DNA of 42,325 bases, taken from IMG/VR virus record IMGVR_UViG_3300045911_000095, positions 1-42,325 of that record; one strand, 5' to 3'. The notes under the pieces were generated by a model. That model worked only from the letters and a program-made list of their open reading frames with translations. It was not told the DNA's origin and made no database searches. Shown piece by piece: positions 7,995 through 15,883 of the stretch (positions within the stretch are counted from its first letter, which is position 1; each line of letters starts with the position of its first letter). Position numbers and translations under genes: made by a program. Source of the stretch: a virus. Lineage: Duplodnaviria; Caudoviricetes.

Positions 7995-8687
7995 TTACCC
8001 GATGGCGATGAAGCCCTTGTCAGCGGCCCACTTGAAGTCCAGCCGACGGTCGCCGTACTCGGCGTCATTGGCGAGGGCTTCGCGCGCAGCCGCCGAGGTC
8101 TTGTACGACATGATGATCTCGACCATCCGGCCCGTCCACGAGCCGGCCCGCACCTTTTCAGCCGCCTCCTTCGGCGTCATCAGATGCTTGTACGTGAAGT
8201 CCGCGGCGACGCGGCCACGACCCGAGCCGGTCTTCTCCTTGGCTGGCGCGTTGCCCTTCGTCGCAGCGGCGGGCTTCTTGGCGGGGGTGCCGGTCTTGGT
8301 CTTGAGCTTCTCTGCCATGATATTGTACTCCTCTTCTGTTATGGTGATATGTTCACCGACTAAACGTACTGCTTCGGGGGTTGCTCCCTCGGTCAGCATT
8401 TGTACCTTTAGCTCCTCTAATGCTGACTGTAAAGAACAATTTTCGTCCAAAGTGTAGTTTTTCATCTGCCAGTTGGGAATGATGCGATCACGCACTCCCA
8501 ATTGGCTAGGAATGTTGACCACCCGCTGAACCGCCAAGGTGCCCTCAAACGTAGGGGCTAGCATAAATACCCTGCCAAACTGCCCTCCGATGGCCGTAGC
8601 AGGGTCTCTGGCCACACAGGGAACAAAGCCGGTAGGCCACCAGCTAGGCAAGGGCGGCGGCGTCTCAGGAGCTTTACGCTTGGGCAT
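7995..8687 (-). CDS. Hypothetical protein; C-terminal paralogous 'RxGxWT/DFxWxxxK' domain; likely internal start at 8318
   Basis: Coupled to the helicase stop (TAATG); internal GAGGAG-9nt-ATG at 8318 followed by a K/A/P-rich linker and the conserved domain. Confidence 0.65.
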   Translation of the reverse strand: MPKRKAPETPPPLPSWWPTGFVPCVARDPATAIGGQFGRVFMLAPTFEGTLAVQRVVNIPSQLGVRDRIIPNWQMKNYTLDENCSLQSALEELKVQMLTEGATPEAVRLVGEHITITEEEYNIMAEKLKTKTGTPAKKPAAATKGNAPAKEKTGSGRGRVAADFTYKHLMTPKEAAEKVRAGSWTGRMVEIIMSYKTSAAAREALANDAEYGDRRLDFKWAADKGFIAIG

Positions 8688-10159
8688 TAGCGCCCCCTAC
8701 GGTTGGCCAGCGCCTCCAGCAGCGCGGCTTGTGTGCGGGTCTTGCCCCGCTGAACGTGGAACACTGTTTCATCTACGGTATCCTCTGCAAGAATATGGTG
8801 GACGAACGCCCGCTTGCTCTTGTTCCCTTGGCGTATCACACGCTTGATGAACTGGTCATAGAGTTCCAAGTCCCAGAACATGGAGAACCAGATCACGTGT
8901 TGAGCGCTGCCCTTCTGAAAGTTCAGACCGTGCCCCATGCTGGCGGGGTGCCCGAATAGAATAGGAATTTCGTTATTATTCCACCTCTCTTCCAGAGCTT
9001 TCGTGGCTTTGAGTGTCTTAGCGTCACACATGAACTCGGCTTCAGGAAACGCTTTTCGCAGACGGTCGCGGTCGTGATTGAACTCGTAAGCCACCAGAAC
9101 CGGCGCGCCGTTGAGTTCATCGACGAGATCACGTAGGGCTTGCAGCTTCAGATCGTGAAGCTCCAGCACGTCGCGCTCTTTTCCCAGAACTTTACTCGCC
9201 AAGTCATCGTCGACATAGACGGCCCCGTTGCATATCTGCCGATGCTTCGTTGTCTTGGCGGCGGCGTTGCTGGCAATGACTTCTTTGTTTTCGATAGAAG
9301 CGATCAGCTCGGCTTCCAGCTTGTCGTATAGCCCGCGCACCTTGGGTGGAAGTGCGACGTAGTGCTTGAGATACACTGTCTCGGGCAGTTCTAGATGATC
9401 TTCCGCGCTGGCGCGCATGGCGAGCGGCTTTATCGCTTCGTAGATACGTTCCGCAGCTCCAGGCTGAAGAACCCACTTCCAGCCATTAGGATCGACAGCT
9501 CGAAAGTATTTTGTGCGATAGTGGGTGATGTAGCGCCCGAGCGCATTGCCCAGATCCAGAACATACATTTGTCCGAACAAGTCCAGCAACCCATTCGGAA
9601 CAGGAGTGCCCGTCAGCCCCCAACGGCGCATGAAAGTCGGCAACACCTGCTTGAGTAGCTTGAACCGGACGCCTTTTGGATGCTTGAACTTGGTAAGTTC
9701 GTCGATGACAAGAGTGTCAAAGCCAAACGCCTTCCAGCGTCGCAGGTCAACAGACTGACCGCCGTCCGTCAACAGCCACGACAACCCTTCGGGGTTAATC
9801 ACCAGAATATCGTAGTCTTCGTAGTTCTCAAGAACCTTCTTCTTTTGTGGCCCATGAAGCAAGCCGACGCGCAGATGCTCCAAGTCGCTCCACTCTGTCG
9901 GCTCCGCAGGCCAGACAAGTTGCGCCACGCGCAGGGGCGCGATTACGAGGGTGCGACGATTCGTCTTGGCGCGCTTGAGGGCGTCCAGAGCCTTTAGCAC
10001 TGTGGCGGTCTTGCCCATGCCTGGATCAAACAACAGCGCCGCCGCCCCGTGCGACAGAAGAAACTTAACTCCGCGCCTTTGATAGTCGTGAGCGTTTTCG
10101 CTGAACGCGGGTTTCGATGGCTTCAAGAGCGGCTTCTTCGCTATCTGTCCACGCGACAT
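8687..10159 (-). CDS. SNF2-family DNA helicase
   Basis: DPGMGKT (motif I), IAPLRVA, VIDELT, LTGTP, GHGLNFQ, QFIKRVIRQG. Confidence 0.92.
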   Translation of the reverse strand: MSRGQIAKKPLLKPSKPAFSENAHDYQRRGVKFLLSHGAAALLFDPGMGKTATVLKALDALKRAKTNRRTLVIAPLRVAQLVWPAEPTEWSDLEHLRVGLLHGPQKKKVLENYEDYDILVINPEGLSWLLTDGGQSVDLRRWKAFGFDTLVIDELTKFKHPKGVRFKLLKQVLPTFMRRWGLTGTPVPNGLLDLFGQMYVLDLGNALGRYITHYRTKYFRAVDPNGWKWVLQPGAAERIYEAIKPLAMRASAEDHLELPETVYLKHYVALPPKVRGLYDKLEAELIASIENKEVIASNAAAKTTKHRQICNGAVYVDDDLASKVLGKERDVLELHDLKLQALRDLVDELNGAPVLVAYEFNHDRDRLRKAFPEAEFMCDAKTLKATKALEERWNNNEIPILFGHPASMGHGLNFQKGSAQHVIWFSMFWDLELYDQFIKRVIRQGNKSKRAFVHHILAEDTVDETVFHVQRGKTRTQAALLEALANRRGR

Positions 10160-10388
10160 CGTAACCTAGTCCTTCCAGCATATCGTGAATGTGAACCTGC
10201 TTTGGCTCTGGTGAATAGCCAACTTCCTTGAATTCTATGAGAAACGGGCGACCACCTGGAATGAGAAACATTCGGTCTGGCCAGCCCGTTTCGCTGCCAC
10301 GGGGCGGCTCCAGCTTGATGCTTGCCACCCCGTAACGCTTCAGAGCTTTGTCGCGTACGGAGCGCTCCAGGAAGCTTTCTCTACGCAA
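10065..10388 (-). CDS. VRR-NUC domain nuclease
   Basis: ESFLE..., GWPDRMFL, FLIEFK, Q..IHDML..LG; probable TTG start at 10388. Confidence 0.8.
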   Translation of the reverse strand: MRRESFLERSVRDKALKRYGVASIKLEPPRGSETGWPDRMFLIPGGRPFLIEFKEVGYSPEPKQVHIHDMLEGLGYDVAWTDSEEAALEAIETRVQRKRSRLSKARS

Positions 10389-10683
10389 CGATGCTTGCCT
10401 TCTTGAGGGCGTCCTGTGCCACTTCAAGCTCTGTGAGGGCGTCGTGCAGACGAGTCACTGCGGCTTCCAGACACACCATTGATCCGGGATGCGAAGTAAT
10501 GTCGTTGTCGCTGGTCGGGACGAGTTCTCCTCGCGACTCGTAGTTGCCGATGATCTGCGTGTTGACGGTTTCCACGCGCGCTCTGATCGTGTTGATGCGG
10601 TCGATAGCACCGAGGAGGGCGGACTCCATGGCGTTCAATCGAGTTTCGACGTGCACCTGTTGAAAATCTTTTTCGTTAATCAT
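10381..10683 (-). CDS. Hypothetical coiled-coil protein
   Basis: AGGAG RBS before MINEKDFQ; tightly packed in the operon. Confidence 0.6.
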   Translation of the reverse strand: MINEKDFQQVHVETRLNAMESALLGAIDRINTIRARVETVNTQIIGNYESRGELVPTSDNDITSHPGSMVCLEAAVTRLHDALTELEVAQDALKKASIVA

Positions 10684-10693
10684 TTTTCTTCTC

Positions 10694-10858
10694 CTAGTTT
10701 TCGAGGAAGACACGCATCCGCGCGGCTTGCTCTGGGGTTAAAGTTATGGTCAGAACATGGCGCTTGCCAGGAAACATTCTACCTGCCGAGCGTTCCATGT
10801 AGAGAGCAGGGCTATCACTTTTTCCCACAATCTCAAGTTCAACTTTGACGCTTTTCAT
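10694..10858 (-). CDS. Small hypothetical protein (54 aa), not in the ORF track
   Basis: AAGGAG RBS; MKSVKVELEIVGKSDSPALYMERSAGRMFPGKRHVLTITLTPEQAARMRVFLEN; fills the gap. Confidence 0.6.
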   Translation of the reverse strand: MKSVKVELEIVGKSDSPALYMERSAGRMFPGKRHVLTITLTPEQAARMRVFLEN

Positions 10859-10903
10859 AGCTGGCTCCTTTGCTTGCAGTATAGCCCAAGTTGTAAGGAC
10901 TAC

Positions 10904-11578
10904 CTAGCCCGAATTGTATGGGCATGGCCCGCCCTTATCCTTCGCGTAAGAACACCAGCGGCACTTCGTGTTCGGAGTGGGAGCGAACCGTCGATCATTG
11001 AACATCGGAACAACCTTCTTTTCCCAGTCTTTACGAATGAGCTCGCCATCTTTAGCGGTGTACGTCCGCAGAACTTCGTTGTCTGTCGGTTGGTCGAGAT
11101 ACCACAGCCGCACCTGAATTTCTTTCAGATTTGAAAACTTCTTGAGTGTAGCTGCGCCGAAGAGTTCAACCTGTTCTTCGTTGATGTCGTATTTGCGCCC
11201 TGTCTTGAAGTCGATGACTTCAGCGGTATCATCGTCATAGAGAACAGCAACGTCCGCAATGATGCGTACCCATGTCTTCTTACCGAACCAATCGGTCGGC
11301 TCCCAGCTCTTGGTGAAGCCCCACTGCTGCTCCACCATAGGTGACAGAGATTTGAGCTGCTTCATCTCTTCGGCGAAGTGCTGATAACTCGCGGGCACCG
11401 TGTCAATCGTTGAATCTTTCAAGTATAGCTCGCCTTCCTTGTGAATAGTGGAACCGCGCTCCATGGCGGGGCTAACCTCACCCTCAGGAACTTTGTCCAG
11501 ATACTTCAGCTTGAACCGAAGCGGACATTGCTTGTAATCGGCGTATCTGCTATACGACCATGCTGTCAGGAGAGCCAT
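10904..11578 (-). CDS. PD-(D/E)XK / Cas4-like exonuclease
   Basis: WSYSR..QCP, GSTIH, IADV..IDFKTG, C-terminal CRWC..C. Confidence 0.85.
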   Translation of the reverse strand: MALLTAWSYSRYADYKQCPLRFKLKYLDKVPEGEVSPAMERGSTIHKEGELYLKDSTIDTVPASYQHFAEEMKQLKSLSPMVEQQWGFTKSWEPTDWFGKKTWVRIIADVAVLYDDDTAEVIDFKTGRKYDINEEQVELFGAATLKKFSNLKEIQVRLWYLDQPTDNEVLRTYTAKDGELIRKDWEKKVVPMFNDRRFAPTPNTKCRWCSYAKDKGGPCPYNSG

Positions 11579-11697
11579 TCGTAATAGAACCTTTCGCCAG
11601 TAGGGAGAGTAATTCTTCCTACATACTTCAGCCAAATGCGCTTGTTGTTCACTGTGGTGACTGGATACCATGCGAACCATCTTTTCGCTTTTGCCAT
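11566..11697 (-). CDS. Small hypothetical protein (43 aa)
   Basis: MAKAKRWFAWYPVTTVNNKRIWLKYV...; TGATG coupling; WFAWYPV motif is common in small phage proteins. Confidence 0.55.
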   Translation of the reverse strand: MAKAKRWFAWYPVTTVNNKRIWLKYVGRITLPTGERFYYEWLS

Positions 11698-11945
11698 CAG
11701 TGTTTCACCTTCCGTGTATCGACTTCGTAGTGCCCAAAGAGTCGTTCTCTGAGTACGAATTTGATGAGGCCAAGTTCGTTACAACTTTCTAGATTACTAG
11801 TTGTAGAGACATCACCAGTAGTACAGTCGCCGAGAATAATGACGACGGCAGGGCGTTCAATGCCGAGTTTTATCGCGACCTCGAAAACCATGTCACAATA
11901 GTCTTCTAGAGGAACTTCGCGGGTGCTGCCATTTTTCCTACTCAT
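11697..11945 (-). CDS. Hypothetical protein
   Basis: Start MSRKNG overlaps the polymerase stop; fills the operon. Confidence 0.55.
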   Translation of the reverse strand: MSRKNGSTREVPLEDYCDMVFEVAIKLGIERPAVVIILGDCTTGDVSTTSNLESCNELGLIKFVLRERLFGHYEVDTRKVKH

Positions 11946-13845
11946 ATCTGCTTTTCCCTTCTGTGAATTTCTTCTGCTGACCCCAAGAAGATCCACTCTT
12001 ACCCTCGCTCAGCATGGGGACATCCATCTGTTCGCTTATACACTCCATACTCTCACGGAGCACCTGCATTTCGGCCTTGGGGTCGGGGCCGCTGGACGCG
12101 TTCATTTCGTCATAGACCTGAACAAGAAAGCGCCCGCGCCGCTTGGGATGCTCGTTGTAGTTGATCATCGCTTGCTTGGTGACGTCGGCCGCACTGCCCT
12201 GACACAGATAGTTGAGCAGCTTGTATTCATAGGTCATGTCTCGACCGTGTTTCTTATTGAATCCAGGCGGTTCCACATAGTAGGCGCGCCCGCCCCATGT
12301 GAACAGGCAATCACCAGCCTTGCCTAGCGCCTTGCAACGGTCCGCAAGCCCGCCGCGCCCCGTAAGGCTAGGCAATGCCCGCTTGTGCGCGTTGAGAAGG
12401 CTCTTAGCCTCCTCGATGCTGCATCCTATGCCGCCAGCGGTGGCAGGCGCGCCGCCCCCATAAATGATGCGAAAGTTCGCAATCTTTACGTTCTTGCGAG
12501 TAAAGGTAAGACCCGTTGTCGATGTAATCAAGTCCGCGGCAAATTGGTGAACGTCCAGCCACGGGTTGTCTTGATACGCCCGCATCAGCGGCCCATCTTC
12601 GAAATGGGCAGCTAGTCGTAGTTCCTGTCCATTGTAATCTCGATGAAGCCATTGTTCTCCTGGATCAGGAAGAAGGTAATTCCGAACCAAGGGGAGCGGA
12701 GGCACGTCGAGGAAAGAAGGATGCTCGTAACCGTCATCATTATTGTCCCACGTCTTGCTGATATTCAGAAAGTTCGGGTTCGTCGTACTCGGCCTGCCGG
12801 TGCGAGTGCCGCCACCTTCGTTGCGAATCTGGTTCCAGTTCGTGCTGATGTACCCGTCGCCCCGCCGATCTGCCTGCTCCAACCACGGCGACATGAACAT
12901 CTTCAAGCAAGTCGTCAAACGATTGCGGTAGCCGAACGTGCTGGCAACGCGCGGGTCGGTGTAGAGGTCGGGGGTCAGCGTCTTCTTGCTGATGCTGTAG
13001 CGTCCCGTCGCTGTGAGTGCCAAGTCTTCTTTGCGCACTACGCCACAGCGCAGAAGAGCTTCCAGAACTTCACCGTCGTTGTCCAGACTTATGTTGTCTG
13101 CCTTCAGACGCTTGCGCAGCCAGTCATCGGCTTTGACGAGAGCGGCGCTGTAAATCTTGACATCTCGCCTTAGCCGACGAACATCTACACGAATGCCGAC
13201 TCGCTCATTGTCTAAGAATATCGGCATGACTTTTTGCTCGCGCTGATACGCGGCAAGCATCCCATGCTGATTGATGACGTAGTCCCAGCTACTCTTGAAC
13301 AGCTCCCACGTTCTGTCCGTGTCGCCCTTGGCATATTTGCCGACGAGGTCTCCGGGCGCTTGAGCGATGTGCTTTCCCCATTCGCTCGGCTTGAACGGCC
13401 CATGCTCTGCTTCGATAGAACGTTTGTTGGCCATGACCCATTCGCGAACAGCATCCTGTTCCTCCGGCGGGGTGTCAAGGAACCGCTCGGCCAACGGCTT
13501 CAGACCTAGCTTAGGGCTATGCGGGTCACGTAGAAACATGATGAACATCGCGTCGTGCATATCGAGCGCGGGAAGGCGCAGCATTCCAAGATGCGTCTCA
13601 GCCACGTCGACGTCGAACTTGCCGTTGAAGAACAATATCCCTTTGCTCGGACGCCAGATAGAGGAAAGGGCGTTGATAGCATCTTGCTTAGTGCAATTGT
13701 TGCCGGTTGGATGCCCCCAAGCGAAATAGCGCGAAGCCTTGCCGGGAAGGCGGATGCTGACGCCAACAGGCTCGGGGGGATAGTTAGGTCGCGCTTCGAT
13801 ACCTTTGGTTTCAAAGTCAACGCATGGTAGAGATGGGCAGCGCAT
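11938..13845 (-). CDS. DNA polymerase family A with 3'-5' exonuclease domain
   Basis: ExoI VDFET, FNGKFD, YAKGD; TGRPS.TNPNFLN, motif A DYNGQELR, motif B RKNVKIANFRIIYG, NYLCQGSAAD, motif C VYDE; GGAG RBS before MRCPS. Confidence 0.95.
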   Translation of the reverse strand: MRCPSLPCVDFETKGIEARPNYPPEPVGVSIRLPGKASRYFAWGHPTGNNCTKQDAINALSSIWRPSKGILFFNGKFDVDVAETHLGMLRLPALDMHDAMFIMFLRDPHSPKLGLKPLAERFLDTPPEEQDAVREWVMANKRSIEAEHGPFKPSEWGKHIAQAPGDLVGKYAKGDTDRTWELFKSSWDYVINQHGMLAAYQREQKVMPIFLDNERVGIRVDVRRLRRDVKIYSAALVKADDWLRKRLKADNISLDNDGEVLEALLRCGVVRKEDLALTATGRYSISKKTLTPDLYTDPRVASTFGYRNRLTTCLKMFMSPWLEQADRRGDGYISTNWNQIRNEGGGTRTGRPSTTNPNFLNISKTWDNNDDGYEHPSFLDVPPLPLVRNYLLPDPGEQWLHRDYNGQELRLAAHFEDGPLMRAYQDNPWLDVHQFAADLITSTTGLTFTRKNVKIANFRIIYGGGAPATAGGIGCSIEEAKSLLNAHKRALPSLTGRGGLADRCKALGKAGDCLFTWGGRAYYVEPPGFNKKHGRDMTYEYKLLNYLCQGSAADVTKQAMINYNEHPKRRGRFLVQVYDEMNASSGPDPKAEMQVLRESMECISEQMDVPMLSEGKSGSSWGQQKKFTEGKSRYE

Positions 13846-13856
13846 AATTTCTCCAT

Positions 13857-13908
13857 GAAAGAAGGGGCAGAGCAACAGTCTCGGGTCGCTTTTGACTGGC
13901 TCTGCCCC
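13857..13908 (-). terminator. Rho-independent terminator-like extended hairpin
   Basis: Minus strand GGGGCAGAGC-CAGTC...GACTG-TT-GCTCTGCCCC followed by TTCTTTC. Confidence 0.7.
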
Positions 13909-13964
13909 CGACACAAGACTAGCTATCAGAGGTGAAGAGGGATGTTTCTGATCGCAGCCTGTGT

Positions 13965-14804
13965 CTAACGCTTGCCCCTGCCGCCCGTCAGCTTCTTGTT
14001 CGCGGCCGCGCGCGCCCTCGGCTGCTCGTCTTCGTCTTCGGTGAAGGGCACGTACGGGAAGTCGATGCTGTCGTACGCCTTGCGATAGCGCGCCATCAGG
14101 GTCGGTATCAGTTCGCTGTCCACTTCGTCCATCAGCTCGAAGTTGATCTTGAACTGGCTCTTCGGGTCGGGGGTCAGATAGATGCGCGTGTAGACCGCGA
14201 ACAGCGGCTTGCGCAACTGATCAGCGACTTCACGCACGTATGCGTCGAAGCCCTTGCCACTCATGACCGGAACCTTCAGATAGACAGCTTCGCAGGTAGC
14301 GAAATGGTCAGGGTCGTTGAAGAGCTCGACCTCGAACCCGCCGCCACGTCCCTGCGGGGTATAGGTGCCAGCGGGCAGACAGGCGAGCCGTCGCCGATTG
14401 CCGCAAGCCTTGCCCCGACCCTTGGCGGCGCTGCCCCATTGGTTCTGCGGACAGTCGTGACAGGTCGGCGACTGCGGCGAAAACGCGGGGTCAGCCATGT
14501 GCTCCGGGTTCGGCCCCATTTCATTCTTGAGCTCGGGGTCTTTGCAGAACGCGAAGCAGGTCGGCGGAGTGCGGTTGTCAGGATCGAAAGCCTCCTCGTA
14601 GTAGACATTCTCCAGACACCATGCGGCGACGATCACGATCATCTGGTTTCCGGGAAGAGGAACATCGTCGTATTGCAGCACTCCCGCTCGGGTGCTGAAG
14701 AACTTGCCCCCGCCGCCGCTGTCGGTCAGGACGGCGGAAGTTCCTGCCAGTTTGGCAAGTTCTTCGTCGTAGTTGACGATGTCTTGTGTGGGTTTCTTGG
14801 CCAT
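13965..14804 (-). CDS. Conserved phage replication-module protein, putative ssDNA-binding/annealing protein
   Basis: PTCFA..CHDCPQNQWGS..GKAC.NRRRLA pattern, acidic C-terminal patch, strongly biased codons, adjacent to PolA. Confidence 0.5.
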   Translation of the reverse strand: MAKKPTQDIVNYDEELAKLAGTSAVLTDSGGGGKFFSTRAGVLQYDDVPLPGNQMIVIVAAWCLENVYYEEAFDPDNRTPPTCFAFCKDPELKNEMGPNPEHMADPAFSPQSPTCHDCPQNQWGSAAKGRGKACGNRRRLACLPAGTYTPQGRGGGFEVELFNDPDHFATCEAVYLKVPVMSGKGFDAYVREVADQLRKPLFAVYTRIYLTPDPKSQFKINFELMDEVDSELIPTLMARYRKAYDSIDFPYVPFTEDEDEQPRARAAANKKLTGGRGKR

Positions 14805-14816
14805 GTAATAAGTCTC

Positions 14817-15032
14817 CTAGAACCACGCCATGAATGGGGCGAGGATGGCTTTCAAATCTCCAACCGTCATTGGACGGTCGGGTTCTTCGTCATCCCCGGC
14901 GAGAATGGGCACTATTACACGCCCATCATCACCGAGACCTGCGAACAGGGGAGCGTCGTCAGACAACTGTGCGTCTTCGAGGCTTTGAACGGCGTTCGCC
15001 AACGCCTTCACTGCTTCTCCGGAAATATACAT
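14817..15032 (-). CDS. Hypothetical protein
   Basis: 71 aa ORF packed between neighbours, AAGGTG RBS. Confidence 0.55.
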   Translation of the reverse strand: MYISGEAVKALANAVQSLEDAQLSDDAPLFAGLGDDGRVIVPILAGDDEEPDRPMTVGDLKAILAPFMAWF

Positions 15033-15033
15033 A

Positions 15034-15495
15034 TCACTTCACCTTCGTCAGCGAAATTTTCTTGGACTGGTACGTGCTGACGCCAGGAACTTGAACGTTG
15101 TCAGTCCACCGCGCTCGTACAGCATTGGCGTTGAGGGCGCGGTTGAGCAGATCGAACGCGTCGTGCTCACGAATGTGTCGATACAGCTTGTCCCAGTCTT
15201 CGACGACCGGCTTCTCTTCGCGCACGACGATCGCCTTGTAGTGCTTGCCGATCACTCCGCTTTCGGTGTCGGCGTCGATGCACTCGATGATGTGGTCGAT
15301 GATGCGCTGCTCTTCCCGCTTCACAGCGTCGACTATGCCTTGCAGGGCAAGCCGCGCCTCACGAATTTCGTGAAGTTTGTCGGCGAGTCCGCCCATCTTG
15401 GTCTTGGGAAGTTTGTCTTTTGCAGTGGGAAGCCCACTGACTTCGATGCCGCACTTTTCTGCCCGTGCGCGGGCTTCTTTGTATGATCCTGCCAT
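15034..15495 (-). CDS. Hypothetical replication-module protein (coiled coil + VEDWD..Y motif)
   Basis: GAGGAG RBS before MAGSYKE; VEDWDKLYRHI..FDLL and VPGV motifs. Confidence 0.65.
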   Translation of the reverse strand: MAGSYKEARARAEKCGIEVSGLPTAKDKLPKTKMGGLADKLHEIREARLALQGIVDAVKREEQRIIDHIIECIDADTESGVIGKHYKAIVVREEKPVVEDWDKLYRHIREHDAFDLLNRALNANAVRARWTDNVQVPGVSTYQSKKISLTKVK

Positions 15496-15538
15496 TTTCA
15501 CTTGCTCCTCAGTTAACTTGCACACTAGCGGGACGGCT

Positions 15539-15567
15539 TTTATAGCCCCAAAGCGGCAGACGTGCAA
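15539..15567 (-). promoter_or_regulatory. sigma70-type promoter
   Basis: TTGCAC-17nt-TATAAA, preceded by GGGGC, upstream of 15495. Confidence 0.7.
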
Positions 15568-15571
15568 GCGT

Positions 15572-15883
15572 TCAGGTATAGCCGCTTCCGTTACACACCT
15601 TGCACACTGTGTACAAGACTTTCCACCCGCGCATCTTTGAAATCGTGCCGGTGCCGCCACACGCTTCGCAAACGTTGCCGATGAAATATCGTTTCTCCAG
15701 CCATGCCAGCAAATCGTCTTTGGCTTTGGTCACTTGCGCAAAGGCTTCCGGCGCGCCGCCCTTGTCGGGGTGAGCAGCTTTAGCCGCATTCCAGAAAGCG
15801 GCTCGCACTTCTTCTGGAGTAGTATTGAACGGATCAACGCCAAGAAGTCGCGCCGCTTCCGTTGCTCTGCTATTGCTTATCAT
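15572..15883 (-). CDS. Mini DnaJ-like protein (J domain + CxxCxGxG zinc finger)
   Basis: LLGV...AAHPDKGG..F..V..A; CEACGGTG and CKVCNGSG. Confidence 0.85.
   Translation of the reverse strand: MISNSRATEAARLLGVDPFNTTPEEVRAAFWNAAKAAHPDKGGAPEAFAQVTKAKDDLLAWLEKRYFIGNVCEACGGTGTISKMRGWKVLYTVCKVCNGSGYT

Noticed and set aside
7922-8068. N-terminal extensions given by the ORF track (also 6307..7218, 10904..11680, 11938..13914, 15034..15660, 23721..24332, 26225..26905)
   Set aside because: They overlap neighbouring genes or hairpins; downstream starts have better RBS or coupling
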